Origin: Schizosaccharomyces osmophilus
Taxonomy: Eukaryota
NCBI RefSeq assembly: GCF_027921745.1
Contig: NC_079238.1
Location: forward strand, 3,968,001 to 4,032,000
Direction: 5' to 3'
Length of the DNA stretch: 64,000 nt
In this document: in pieces, positions 21,428 through 34,725 of the stretch
Layout: each line of letters starts with the position of its first letter
How positions within the stretch are numbered: position 1 is the stretch's first letter
Program-made: the position numbers and the translations under genes
Notes under the pieces: generated by a model
Database searches by the model: none
What the model was told of the DNA's origin: nothing
What the model saw: the letters and a program-made list of their open reading frames with translations, nothing else

Positions 21428-24400
21428 TTAGCGTTTTCTTCTGCTTCGAGGAACTGCAATCTTCCTTCCAGTAGGAGGGTTTGGTTGCTCATTAGTCGAT
21501 CCCAAATTAAACTGTATACCGCCTTGAGGTTGAGGGGCTGGAGATTGTGCAGCACTTGAACCAGCACTGAAAGCAGGTGTACCGCTTCCACCGAACGAGA
21601 ATCCTGCGTTGGGTGGATTAGGGGGCTGCGATGTACCAAAGTTAAGAGAAGGCTCCGTACTACCAATATTGGTGTTAAATCCACTAGGGTTAGCTGCCCC
21701 AAAAGCGGAAGGAGTCGTGTTACCCGAAGCTCCAAATGTGAAGCCTGCTGATGGTGGTTGGGTCGTGCTACCGAAAGCGGTTGTATTTTTCAAACCATCG
21801 GAATCAGCTTTTGGCTTCGAAGAGAAGGGTAAACTATTATTTCCGAATGCCGACGATCCAAAACCCCCAGCAGGTTGGGAGCCGGGTTGCGAGAAACCAC
21901 TTCCAAAACCAGACGGCGCAGAAGCGTCGCTTGTCTTCGGTGGTTGGGTATTAGCTGTACTCGGCGTTCCAAATCCTGGTGCACTACTACTGCTATTAAT
22001 TGGGAATGCGGAATTTTGGGCAATTCCGTTGATAGCCGTGTTAGACGGGGTTGAGCCAAAAGCAGTAGCAGGAGGATCAGCAGTAGAACCAAACGTGAAT
22101 GGGGTAGTTGGTTGAGCAGCCTTCTGTTTCTCAGATTCCGTTGTTTTTGAAAACAAGAAAGGTTTTTCAGTAGAAGTATTATTAAAGGGTTTAGCCTTCT
22201 CTTGCTCATTAGGTTCTGTTTTACCAAAAGGACCCCTGTTCTCCTTGTTTGGTGTCAAAGTGCTTGAAGTATTTCCGGTTATACCAGTAAAAAAAGGAGT
22301 CGGCTTCTCTGCAGGATTAAACGCATTTGAAGTCGTATTAGAACCAAAAGAAAATACGGAAGTAGTTGGCTTCACTTCCGCAGAACTCTTGTTTACAGGA
22401 TCAGTATTATCCTTCATACCAACTTCAGAGGGCTTGGAAAACGAAAATATAGAAGTAGAAGGCTGTTCGTTTCCAGTAGCCTCATCCTTTTTCTGAGGGC
22501 CTCCAAAACTAAATGCAGGCTTAGTAGCAGCTGACGTTGCTAGGCCAGTGGGTTGACCGAAAGTAAAAGCAGGTTTCGCAGCATTAGTATCGGAAGAGGG
22601 AACTGTTGATTCTTTGCTTTCATCCTTGGATAAAGATTGTCCGAAGCTGAAAGAAGGTTTTGCCTTTTTGTTCTTCTCTTCATCCTTGAGACTTTGTCCA
22701 AATGAAAATGCCGGTTTTGGTGTTTGCTCGCTTTTATCTTCTGCAATATTTGACCCGGCATCGTTTCGTTCAGTAGTTTGTCCAAATGTGAACTTCGGGG
22801 TTTCCGTTTTCATTGGAGGTGCAGCATTTGCGAAAGGTCCACTTATACTGCCAGTACTTTTTTGATCTGTACTTGGTTTGCCGAAACTAAATACGGAAGA
22901 CGGAGATTGCGATGTGGCTGCTGTAGCAGTTTGGCCAAAAGAAAATGCTGGTTTTGAGTCAGAAGGCTCCTTCTTCTCAGACTGTTGTCCGAAACTGAAG
23001 CTCAACTTGGGAACATTTGGATCCTTTTTGTCGGTCCGTGTTGAATCAGCAACTTTATCGTTCTGTTCATCCAGCTTCTTATTAGGTGCCAACTGGCCAA
23101 AGCTAAATGGAGGTTTAAACGAAGTGTCTGATGGCTTATTGTCAGCGGTTTCACCAAACGTAAACGACGGAGTAGTAGGCTTGGGCGGCTGTTGCTGAGA
23201 AGGAAGACCAAAACTAAATGAAGGCTTTTTACTTTCTTTGGGTTCCTTTTCTTCAGATATCTGGCCAAAACTAAACGAGGGAGCAGGGGCTTGTTCGTTT
23301 TTGTTTGTTGAAGTAGGCTTGAAATTGAATGAAAGGTTTGGAGCCTCAGCGGTTTCTTTAGTAGGATCCTTCTCAACCGGCCCGAAAGCAAAAGGCTTTT
23401 TAGGAGCTGAAGGTTTTTCAGTTGTGAAGGTGGTTTGACCAAATGTCTTGTTGACATTATCAGACGATTCACCAAAAGAAAATACAGCAGTTTTGTTCTG
23501 ACCCTCTTTATCTTCAACTTCAGTATTTTTAGTAACGGGCTTAAACTCAAATTTTGGTATTTTACCGGACGAACTCTCTGGAGGTTTAACGGTATCATCC
23601 TTATCGGGTAATGCTGCAAGGCTCTTGAGAGTATTTATAGGTTGTGGTTCTGCTGGTTTAAATGGAGTTTCTGTAGTGGAATCGGCTGTCTTGGGTGTCT
23701 TAGTTTCCTTCTCTGAGGTATTGGGGATATCAGTTGGCAAAGCAATTGCTGACTCCTGTGTACCAGGTTGCGTTCGTTTTGGTGACAATGAAGATTGTAG
23801 TTGTTCGAAAGTAGGGCCTAAGTGAGGAAGCAAAATTTTAGGAGGTTTTTTATCAGGACCAGAAACTAGAGATTCATTGTGCTTTGCTGTAGAACGAGAA
23901 GTAGTATTAGACACAGTGCTATCTTCATCTTTGTCAAAAAGTTCGTCTAAATCTTCATCTAGTGCGGAAAAAGCAGCTCTCACGCGTTTTTTATTACCTC
24001 CTGAAGGAAATGAGTATTCATATTGAGAAACGAAATCCTGTTTATTTACGGAATTTAGATTACCGGGTTGCTCTTCAGTCTGGACTTCGGCATTTACCTG
24101 CTTTTGTTTTTTTAAATCGATGCGTTCAAGAGTCTCGTAAACAAGAGGAATTAACTCTTGACGTAATTTTTCCTTCCTAACTTCTTTAAGAGATGAAGTA
24201 ACAGTTTTGGTCTCCAGCTCTTCCCTCTTGGTTCTCTTGGGTTTTGGTTCAGTACGACTGGCACCATTAGGCTGATGCAACTTTTGATCTGATGAAGTAT
24301 GTTCATCTGAAGAATAGCTTGGAACTACTTTGTCATCAGTTCTTGTAGCATCAAACTTTGTAATTTCTGAACCCGGACTTTGCGGACGATCCCTCTTGGA

Positions 24401-25100
24401 AGAAGAACGGTGCCCATTACGCTGTGAGGGCACATTATTTTCGTTACGTTGACCAGTGGATGATTGAGATGAAGCAAATGCTCGAGGACTGTTCCCGACA
24501 CCAGTATTTGTTCGAATAGAGCGCAAAATATCGAGCAAAGCAGCAGAAGAAGAAGTTAACGGTGGTGGCTGCAGCCGACGTTCAGAAGCGAATTGACGCT
24601 GTTTCAATGGCTGCAAATCTAACTGCACACTACCTCTACGAGAGGAGAATTGATTTTCTACAGAATCTTGGGTATTTTGCTTGGAAGATAAATCACTTTC
24701 ATTCGACCTTCCTTCAATTCCGTCAAGTGTGCGAATGTGGCTACGGTTATTTATGCGTACAATATGACTACATGAGATTAGTAAAATGATAATTGCAGAA
24801 TAGACCAAAATATGGCCTCTAAAATAAGGAATCCTACTTTCCTTATTACTGTACTTACGGAGTTCGGCCCAAGTAATGGGGATTCAATTCAGGATCCAAA
24901 AGACTTCTTGAAGCTCTCTTATTATTAGACGTTTCGGTTTCAGCATTGTTCGACCAGCTCGAGGTGAATGGTCGTAAAATGGAGGCGAATGTGGCCTTTA
25001 AAACCGAAAAGTAGGGACGGTGATTACCCGATTCATGTCTTTCATAAGGAGTTCTTTGTACCTTTTTATTTGCACGTTGATTTCTTGAAGACGGAGGCAT
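21428..25100 (-). CDS. nup124: FxFG-repeat nuclear basket nucleoporin Nup124; exons 25100-24859, 24767-21428
   Basis: Many FSFG/FTFG repeats and a C-terminal RKIAVPRSRRKR basic motif. Intron 24858-24768 (GTAAGT..TACTAAT..TAG) gives PHYLGRTP-HIVRINNRSH. Confidence 0.92.
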
Positions 25101-25701
25101 TAAAACAAGCACATCGACGATGAGAAAGGAACTGTAGTTAAGACGAATTTCTCAAGCATTGGCCGTGGCAAGTGGTTCCTTAAATTAAATAAAGATCTCT
25201 AAAGAAAAAGCAAGCTTCCGTTATTCAAATATAGTGTACCATTACGCTCTCGCTATTTGTTATAAGAAAATGAAATCGAGCTAGAGACAAGTTTAGAAAT
25301 AGCAAAAAGTAGAATATGAATTGAATGAATGTATCTTTATATCCGTATGCAATTTTATCTATAGTAGAACATTGAAATAAGCAAGGTACGATTTTACGCG
25401 CCATTAAACTAGTAAGCTACTATAGATTTCCATATTCCCATGTATGACTAAGTGTTGCTTGGATGGGCTAAAATCCACCTTTCGTAAACATGAATCTGAG
25501 GAAAAATATCTATTGATTTACATACTGTTCTTATTTACAATGTACGAAGAAATAAATACTTTGCTACGGTACGTACTACCCACTCGGTTCGTATAACTTA
25601 AAAACCAAGGTATTTTTAACCGGTATAGGATTCTATGTATATTCAACCAAGGTAAGCTTGTCTATTACCGGTACCAGCTAGTAGTGAAGCATCTTTTGGA
25701 C

Positions 25702-26531
25702 ATGATATACGCAATTTTTATTTTCAACAATAAAGGAAATCCTAGATTGACAAAGTTTTATACGCCAATTGAAGAATCAGATCAACAAAGGTTACTTGGC
25801 GAAATTTATTATTCAGTGTCTAACCGTACGGCTGCATCGTGTAATTTCTTGGAAAGCAGCTTGATTGCTGGAAAAAACAGAATTATATATCGTCAGTACG
25901 CTACATTGTATTTTGTGTTTGTGGTTGATGAAGGAGAAAGTGAGCTTGGGATTTTAGATCTCATTCAGGTTTGTTTCGCTTACCTTAAATGCAGTAATGT
26001 TAACAGTCAGGTCTTTGTGGAAGCTTTAGATCGCTGCTTTAATAATGTTTGTGAGTTGGATCTGGTAAGTATGAGGTGCATGATTCCAATAATGACAATT
26101 CTTTAAATCTCTTGCTTATTTCTATTGATTGAATCGTGAAATGTTTACCATATTTGGATTCGATTTTGCTTTTATTTTATAATTAAGGAAATTTTGAGTC
26201 GCCAATTTCTGGTTTACTGACTCTAAAAGGATAGAAGTCCTTTCATAACCAGAAAACCCTAAACAGTTCACAGAAAGAGGAACGGAGATTGAAGAAACTC
26301 TTTTACTATACAGGAATCTAAAAAATAAACTATTACTAACTTGTTCGTCTCCAGGTCTTCAAGTTTCAAGAAATTCATGCAATTCTTGCCGAAATCGTCT
26401 CCGGTGGATTGGTTTTAGAAACCAATTTGAATGAAATAGTTGCAGCTTCGAAAAGTCAGATGCCGAAATCAAAGCGATCGGGGGGATTGAATATTGGTAC
26501 CACACTTAGTTCATTTGCTACGAGATTTTAA
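25702..26531 (+). CDS. aps3: AP-3 adaptor sigma subunit; exons 25702-25968, 26011-26064, 26355-26531
   Basis: MIYAIFIFNNKGNPRL.KFY, IYRQYATLYF, ESELGILDLIQ|VFVEALDRCFNNVCELDL|VF and GGLVLETN. Introns 25969-26010 and 26065-26354 have branch sites. Confidence 0.93.
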
Positions 26532-26542
26532 TGAACTTGCGA

Positions 26543-28092
26543 TCATGTTTCTGAAAGGCTTCTTCTTACAGAGTTGGTTTCTGAAACAGTCGGGATTGGA
26601 AGCACTGGATAATTGTAGTCACCGAAAGGCATACCCTTTGCTTGAGCATAAAGCGATTCCATCTCGTCGTCTATATCAAAACATATGCCCCCTTCATAAT
26701 GCTGAGATTCGCTATATAGGCCAGGAATAGAAAAGTAGGTCATGTTTGATGCTGGAGAGTTTTGGGAATCGTTGTTGTTTATTAAACGTACGCGTGATTG
26801 ATCATATCGGGAAACCCAGAACTTTCTTTGGCCTCCTTGACTATAACGCAGCCCGTGGGTTGTCCGATTTAATCGTGCGTCATGTCTTGAGGGGACCTGG
26901 CACTCAGCAGGCTCAAAATTCTCATATACATATCGATCACCTTGTAATGTTTGAATACTGTCGCACCAGACGTCTTTAAATCCCACGACATCTTTCCAGG
27001 CTCTAAAAATCGGCATCCTTGAACACGATATCCATGATGGAGTTATATAGTCTTTAATACGAAAGGCATGCCAATGAGACAATGCAAAGAAAGGCATTTC
27101 CAAGCACATAAGAACATTCTGGTCTAGTAAGATAAATATTCCATGTTTTCTTGGTAAAATACCAAGCCAGCCGGCGACGGACAATAGAGTTTGCTGCCAA
27201 TATGAGGCGAAAATAATGGCTTTTACGGAGAGAAATTTCGGGAAAGGTCGAAACGGAGCCAGCTCCTCGTGTAAGCAGACCCAAAATGTTGTTAGAGAAT
27301 AGAGAGAGATAGTAATGGAAATGTTGTACAGTAAGCCAATCCATAAAGCTGCTGTTATATAAACGGGCTTGTCTTCGTCTTCATAGACTCCCAACGCTCT
27401 ACTTAGGAGTGTAGCTATAATGAGAAATGGTTTTATCCATGTGTACTGTAAAATACCTCGCTTGATAGAAAGAAATGTGTAAGGATCGCCTAAATCAATA
27501 TCACTCTGAATATGATTCATAGGCCATAAACGAGGGCGTGGTAAATGCCCATGCAAAATGATTACAGCGGCTCTTTCACCACCCAGATAGTCAATTAGCA
27601 AACAAAAGAAACAATAGAGTGCGAATGCCTAGAAGATCAGGTTAGGTACGATTCCAAAAGAAAACATTTGCAACAAAGCATGACTTTGCCGGACCCAAAA
27701 CAAGCATCGAGATGGTTTGACAAGGCCGGTTGTGATAGCGCAAGAATGCAAGGAAACAACGATAAGTCTTACCTCGTAGATTTCCCTGAAAGGTTCAAAA
27801 AAGGCTCCAATTCTTTCATTATATACAGTCAAAAAAGAAACGATAGAATAAGTAACGATCCTATCAAAATAGATTAGCATATGATTTTAAAACACTCATT
27901 TTCCAAAGAAGAACAGCTGAATGGAACAGAAAACGAGAGTAGGAGACAAACGAACATTAACAAAATTCTTACTACAGAGCGCTGCAAAACGGGTTTTCTA
28001 TAATTTTTTAAGTGAGAAGAGATGGAGATGATTGATAGAGCCAGTGAAATAAGGACGAAAATGCCGCATAAAGCGACAATTTCGTTTTCCAT
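26543..28092 (-). CDS. hfl1: OST-alpha/TMEM184-family vacuolar membrane protein Hfl1; exons 28092-27956, 27860-27773, 27628-26543
   Basis: HLKNYRKPVLQR, REIYE|AFALYCFF.LL..YLGGE, KRGILQY and PKFLSVK.IIFASYWQ. The C-terminal FDIDDEMESLY resembles the non-canonical Atg8-binding segment of Hfl1. Both introns have branch sites. Confidence 0.9.
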
Positions 28093-28924
28093 GGACAGAT
28101 ACGTATTGAATCCTAAAATCTGCTTGCTCCTGGAAAAGATGTCAGAGAATGACAATTAGTCAAAATAATTTTGTTCTTAAGCTTTTTTTCCTTTCTAACT
28201 GGCAATAAATCCTTGCTTCCCTCAGTTACATGCAATTTCGGTTCCAACTTTTGCTTTTAAGTCTACTTCCTGTTTAGTTCCTTTCAACCTTTAGAAGAAT
28301 AGCAGATTGACGAAAAGACAATCGTATTAATCTCAGATTCCCTCAACAAATACGCAATTCTTCTGAATTGCTCTTGCTCGTTCAAATCATCAATTCGTCT
28401 GCGAGTAACATCGTAACTTGCTTATTACTGAGTCAACAAGAATACCCAAAAGTAGAAACGCCATAGTGATTTATTTTCTTTTCCAGTAAAAAAAAAAAAG
28501 GAAATGCAAATACGGAAGATTTATTAAAAAATAAAATAAAAAAAATTTTTTCATGCTTCCACTTTCTCACCTTGTCGAGTCAGTTGAGTGATGAATAATT
28601 GAGAGTCCAGTACTGTTTACTTGGTGTGTTTTTCCTTTAAAAGGGAATTATGAAACAATTTTTTTGTAGCATCAAGCACAGAGGAAGAGAGATGGCAGTA
28701 CAATGTTTTTCACGGAAAATCGTTTCCATGCTGCACTTCCTGATTCAGGCAATTATGACAACCCCGATTGCTCCCAAATATCAACTCCATATAGGAATTT
28801 GCCCCATGTTCTTTCAATTCAAATAATTCCAGCTTTTCCAAATTTCATAGACTCTAAAAATAAATTGCTAAGAGCAGCTTTCTAAGTATACAATACTGCT
28901 TCTTTTTAGTCCCTATTAACGTAA

Positions 28925-29006
28925 GACACTATGCCTGAGTGGTTAAAGGGATAGATTAGAAATCTATTGCGGTCTCCGCGCGCAGGTTCAAATCCTGCTG
29001 GTGTCG
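28925..29006 (+). tRNA. tRNA-Ser (anticodon AGA), intronless, long variable arm
   Basis: Acceptor stem GACACTA/TGGTGTC, D-loop AGTGGTTAA, anticodon arm ATAGA-TTAGAAA-TCTAT, variable arm and T-arm GCAGG-TTCAAAT-CCTGC. Followed by TTTT and further T-runs (Pol III terminator). Confidence 0.97.
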
Positions 29007-29266
29007 TTTTACATTTTATTTTCTTTTTTTGCTTAAAGCAAGTCATTGAGTATTTTTCGAAGTTTAAACTGCAAATAACGGGCATCCCAGTGCATTTCGC
29101 AATTGGTTTCTAAATATGGATCCAAAGGACTGTTTCTTGTCTTCTTTTTTGTTTACCCTTTTACGTGTACAGCTTGAAAATGCAGTAAAATATTTTACAC
29201 CACGTACGGCTCTACTTTAATTATATACTCTCAAAAGGTCGTGGTAATTTGAAGGGCTCTCAAACG

Positions 29267-30289
29267 ATGGAGGAAAATGTCCCAGAGAACTGGGAAACTG
29301 TTTATAATGAGATTAAAGAGATGAAGCAAAAGGTGCTTGCGCCCGTGGATGAGCAAGGTTCACATACGTTAGGTGACAAAAGAACCCCGGAAGTCTTTCG
29401 ATTTCAAACTCTTGTAGCTTTGATGTTGTCGAGCCAAACGAAGGATACAGTGCTTGGACCAACCATGAAGAGTCTGAAGGAGAATTTGCCGAAAGGATTG
29501 TGTCTTGAGGACATAAGAGAAATTGATGAGGATTCCTTAAACAAGCTCATTGAAAAAGTGGGGTTCCATAACAGAAAAACAATTTATCTAAAACAAATGG
29601 CTCAAATATTGGAAGAAAAATATGATGGTGATATTCCAAAAACCGTTGAAGAGTTGATGTCTATCCCCGGTGTAGGCCCCAAGATGGGATACCTTTGTAT
29701 GGGTATTGCCTGGAAGAAAAATGTCGGCATTGGAGTCGATGTACATGTGCACCGCATTTCAAATATCCTGGGTTGGTGCAACACAAAAACAGAAGAGCAG
29801 ACTCGGTTAGCTCTGCAAAGCTTTTTGCCAAAAGATTTATGGCAGGAAGTGAATTTTATGCTTGTTGGTTTTGGTCAAACGATATGCCTTCCAAGAGGGA
29901 GACGCTGTAATGATTGCACACTCGCTTCTAAAGGACTATGTCCAAGTGCATTCCAAGAGAAAAGTTTGGTGAAAGCAAAGCGCTCAACAAGTACGAAAAA
30001 GGTGAAGAAGCGTTCTCCTTCAACTTCCCCAGAGGTTGATGTGATCCAAGATCAAAAGACAGTACACGAAGAAGTGCCTACTGGCTTAAATGAGCTTCCT
30101 CCTAATGCTTTACCAGGGAAAAAAATGAAGCTGGAGTCTCCTCTTGATGATAGTCAACAAGAAACTTTAACGGAGGAACATTATTCGAAGGCTGCAGCTC
30201 AGCCATTAAGGCGGTCGCGTAGAACGGCCGCTGCTGCCTCTGAATATTTTTCCCGCCAGCACCTTCACGATATTGAAGACTTGGCATAA
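29267..30289 (+). CDS. nth1: Endonuclease III-like DNA glycosylase/AP lyase
   Basis: ATG at 29267. LMLSSQTKD, HhH motif IPGVGPKMG, GVDVHVHRI and the Fe-S cysteines CLPRGRRCNDCTLASKGLC. Confidence 0.95.
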   Translation: MEENVPENWETVYNEIKEMKQKVLAPVDEQGSHTLGDKRTPEVFRFQTLVALMLSSQTKDTVLGPTMKSLKENLPKGLCLEDIREIDEDSLNKLIEKVGFHNRKTIYLKQMAQILEEKYDGDIPKTVEELMSIPGVGPKMGYLCMGIAWKKNVGIGVDVHVHRISNILGWCNTKTEEQTRLALQSFLPKDLWQEVNFMLVGFGQTICLPRGRRCNDCTLASKGLCPSAFQEKSLVKAKRSTSTKKVKKRSPSTSPEVDVIQDQKTVHEEVPTGLNELPPNALPGKKMKLESPLDDSQQETLTEEHYSKAAAQPLRRSRRTAAAASEYFSRQHLHDIEDLA

Positions 30290-30554
30290 GATTGTATATT
30301 TTTTTATTTATTTTTCTAGATCATTATTTAATCTTGATCATGAATAATTCATTAGTTTCGCCTATTTATCCGTTCTCCTTTTTTGAAATAAAAATGACTT
30401 GCCTGTTCTCAAAACTTAGGTGTCTTGTTTGCTAAAAATTCTATGACAATTCATCCAACATTCATTTCATTGATTTTGTAAAAAATCTATTATTATTTTC
30501 TTTTTTTTGGGTATGCAATGCAAGCGTCCTTGAAGATCACAACGTAAATAATGG

Positions 30555-32284
30555 CTAAAGTACAGCTGAGTCGTTGAAAACATAATGAGTACAAAAAGAT
30601 TCTTCTAATTCGTCGGTGTTTGGCGTGTACAACATAAAATCAATGGGTATGGGTCCAGTTACAGATATATCGTTACGAATGGACGGCTTTTGTCTATCAA
30701 ATGTTCGGTCCAATTCGTATGAAATACCAGTGGCATCTCGAAGCACACGCCCTTTTCGCACTAGCCGATTTAGTGTCCTGATAATATCTGAATTATTTAT
30801 ATGTTTATCGGCGTAATTACTAGTCAATTTGTTAATAATTTCAAATAAAGTTCAAAAACCGAGAACAAACCTGTGAATGTAACCAATAATAGAATCAAGC
30901 GAGGCAACGGCCGGAAACTTCTCCAATACTTCAAGCATCACTTCGTCAGCATTACTATGAGTTTGCATGTATTCACTGATAGATGGAATACTCTCTTTTT
31001 CTGAAAATTGGAAAATATGATCTTGAGAAGCAACTGGATCGGTAGCAGAACTCAAGTTAAAACTTGAGGAGGTTAACCCTTGAAGGTTTGCTTGGGAAAC
31101 CTCATTGGGGTCAGATGAAATATTAGCAAAGTCTGATTGAGGTAATACTTCCGGATGAACAGCGGGCGCTTTTTCTTGTTTGGAACTTTGAATAAATGAG
31201 GCGGCTTTTGGACTTATAATTGGTAACTCTGGATGAGTTTGCTCACACGTGAGTAAAATGTCAACCAAATGTGACGTTGGTAAGCTGAATAAGTAAGACT
31301 TTCTTTCTTCCATAGACAAGCTCAATTCCTTTGCAGTGGAACCCATACTCAAGGGCTTTTGATGCTTTCGTAGTGAGCAGGCGTTGCAAAACCATTCAGC
31401 ATTAGAAGAATCCAATAGAGAATCAGCTATGTTTGGTTCGTGACAGAGCTGGTGAAACGGGGTGTTACAACCATCGCAGAAAACAATGCGATTTTTAGGT
31501 GGTGATTGTAAGCGTTGACATATGCAACATTTCATGGTTAAAGCAATTGTAGGCCGCCGACCAGGGCCACGTTTTCTGGTCGGTAACTTCACCAAAGGAT
31601 CGAAATGATTAGGTCGATGAACTTTACGTCCCGACTTTGTTTTGACACCTTCTAAAGTAAATTGCTCTTCTTTACCTTCTTCTCTCGAAAAAATGGCATC
31701 AGCGGTATTATCACGTTCTACAAATAATCAGTCAGAGATATAATACTCAATATATCCTTATTTCACTTACCAATTGCTAAACTTGCTGGCCAAGCTTTTT
31801 TCCGGGCAAAATTCATGGCAATGGACATTGGAGGGAGAGGCGATGCTCCGTGAGGCGGCAATGGGGTATTCCTCTTGATGTGGGCTTCATGACTTTTTGG
31901 AGAACCACTTTCTGCGTGAAGCGGACTGGTCGAAGAAGGCATCCTTCCCTTGTCTTTCAGTCCATCGTCATCTTCGGTTAACAGCAAGTCATCCTTGGAA
32001 CCATTATTCGATAACGGATGAAAATCTTGTTCCTTGCTTGCTGGTTGAAATTGGCTAAAGTCAGTTTCCATGGGATTGGCCGCGTTCACATTTGATTTTG
32101 ATATATCATGAAACGGTGGGTCAATTAAAGCCGAATCGCCAGCGCTACCACGCCCTGGATCATCCTCATGAAAAATAGCTTGATGCAAGGAGTTTTGAAA
32201 TCTACGTTCATCGTCAAATGGAAAAGGATAAGGTCCAGGATTCAATGACTCGCCGTCATCTTCATAATACGGTGCTCCAGACAT
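30555..32284 (-). CDS. phf2: PHD-finger protein Phf2 (Lsd1/Lsd2 complex); exons 32284-31771, 31717-30871, 30819-30555
   Basis: PHD finger CCICQRLQSPPKNRIVFCDGCNTPFHQLCH...WFCNAC, preceded by TKSGRKV..P. Introns 31770-31718 and 30870-30820 join three ORF fragments in frame. Confidence 0.88.
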
Positions 32285-32748
32285 TGACACTACAGAAGAC
32301 AATAATTTAGCACTATTTAATAAAGTACATCCGTTGAATAATACAGTTATGAGTTCCTACAACGGTATTGCCTTGTTACAATTATTTGCTAAGGAACTTG
32401 AAGACTCAGTGAATAGCGAGTGGAAGCGCTTTGTGTAACTAGTAATAGCGTAGAGTCTCGTAACTCACAAAGGTGTTTGGTGGTGAGGCTTCTATATGGG
32501 AACTTTCAAAAGTCCTCAAAATTTGTATTCAGAGGTTTTGGTTCTATTTGTTCCTTTAAATTTTGGCTCATTTCTCTTACGTTTCTCTGTTTCTTATTTC
32601 ATCTCATTGAAAAGCAATTTGTTGAATAGTTGTTTACTTACAAATTTCAAAGTACTTCGTTAAACCCTTGAATGGAAGGAACAGCTAAAGCAAACCAAAC
32701 CGGATTTCGCTGCCAAATTGGTAAATTGGTTATAGAATATTGGATAAA

Positions 32749-34725
32749 ATGGCTTCAGATGAGCACTTAAGTAGGAGGAATGAAGAAAAAGAATCATCTT
32801 CTCGGTTTGATAGACGTGATCGTGAATACCGCCATAGACGACGCCATGAGCAGGACGAACGCGAAATAAGAAGAAAAGAACGGCGTGAACGGTCACATAG
32901 TCCTCGAAGAAAGCGTTCCCATGATGATGAAACCTTGCATAAACGAGATGCTGAGAAAGATTTTGCACGGAAAAATGATTATTTTCAATCTCGTTTTGCT
33001 GGAGGCAGTGGCTCACAAGGGAACGATTCTGGACTCGGAAATTTAGAGGGAATGGATTTTGGAATGTATGGGAAGCGTATGTCGAAAGAACATATGCATG
33101 AAGAACCTAAAGATACTCCGGGTCGATTTCGGAGAGCTACCCAATCCGATCGTCCTTCCAACAACACAACTACGGATTTTCAAGAACAGCAGCACGTGAA
33201 AACCGAACGTGTTGAGTATAAAATTGGTGACAATGGTTCACGCTGGAGAATGATGAAGCTTCGACGTGTTTTCGATATGGCAAAAGACAGTCAGCGACCT
33301 GTCGAAGATGTAGCATTTGAAAGGTATGGCTCTTTAGAGGACTTTGATGATGCTTTAGAGGAAAAAGAAGAGTTAGAGTGCCGAAAAGCGACCGGAAAAA
33401 CTCAGAAAATTGCACCAACAGGTGAAAAGTATCGGAGTCGTTTAGAGTATGGGCAGAAAAACAAGCCACCGGTATCGGAATCTGCAACTAAGCCTACTCA
33501 GGATGAACTGAATAAGGTAAAAGCGCAGATTTTACGTGCCCAGACGAAAGGGTCATCCGATTATGAAGCGTTAAAGCAGCAATATGATACCATGTATAAA
33601 AGTTATGAGGATTCATTCAAAGGCAACAATCAGGATAACAATCAATCTCGCTTAAAGTCTTTCTCCAACAAAAGCGACCCGTCTATCGAAGAAATGGTTC
33701 AGGAGGAGAAGCTTTTAAACAAACTAGACAAGCATGGGTTGAGCAAAGACTATGCAAAGCGTATTACCAAAGATAGTAGGTACTCAAATGATTTGGAATA
33801 TCTCGACGAGAACGCAAATAGATTGGCCGATCGTATGAATCGAAGGGAAATCAACGTGGACGAAATATTCCAAGGAGGAAATTTATCAAAAATGAATCGC
33901 GCGCTCGATGATTGTCCATTATGTATGAATGCTAATTCACAGCCACTGGCACCTGTCATTGCATTGAGTCATCGTATATACCTTTCGTTACCGACAAAGC
34001 CTGAATTAGCAAAGTACCATTGCTTAATTGTTCCCACTAATCATCGTGTGAATGTGCTATCCTGTGATGAAGATGAATGGGACGAGATTCGTGTATGTCA
34101 AATATTTTTGTCCTTGGAAGCGTTTACGGAAACTAATTTCAGTATAGAACTTTATGAAATGCATCGCTTTAATGTTTGATTCTATGGGGATGGGTGTTAT
34201 TTTCTACGAAAACGCACCTACACCTACAAGATACCGTCACACTGCAATCGAATGCGTGCCTGTGCCCAAACGCACGCTTTCTTTAGCACCAGCTTATTTC
34301 CGCGAAGCCATTTTAACTTCTGATGACGAATGGTCTCAGCACCGCAAAATCATCGATACCATGGGAGGTGCTGAAAAATATGGAAAATACGCTTTCCGTA
34401 AAATGATGGTGAAAGGTGAGACAACATTGAAAATAAAAAAAAATAAAAAATCTTTGTATTGAAAGAGCAAGGCTAACAAGTTTTAGAATTGGGCTATTTT
34501 CATGTTTGGTTCACGGTAGATGGAGGCTATGGGCATGTCGTCGAAAATGAAAAACTATGGGGACGACATGATCAAGTTCCGAGGCAAGTGTTTGCGAGTA
34601 TGCTAAATCTTCCGACAGAATTCATACGAAGGAGAGGCAAATGGACTGGTGTAAGGGATCCAGCAGAAGATGTTTTTCGAGCGCGTTTTCATCCATTTGA
34701 TTGGACTCAAAGCTTGTTGGAATAA
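32749..34725 (+). CDS. cwf19: Spliceosome-associated CwfJ-domain protein Cwf19; exons 32749-34092, 34148-34415, 34487-34725
   Basis: GDNGSRWRMMKL, CPLC, HCLIVP..H, DEDEWDEIR|NFMKC, APAYFREAI, EWSQH and YFHVWF..DGGYGHVVE. Canonical introns 34093-34147 and 34416-34486. Confidence 0.93.

Noticed and set aside
21400..24789. Numerous antisense and alternative-frame ORFs over nup124 (similarly over tif52, ddx27 and dak1)
   Set aside because: These are shadow ORFs of low-complexity or codon-biased genes.
25969..26010. aps3 intron 1 is 42 nt, in frame and stop-free
   Set aside because: Retention would insert 14 aa in the highly conserved DLIQ|VFVE core; it is most likely an ordinary intron.
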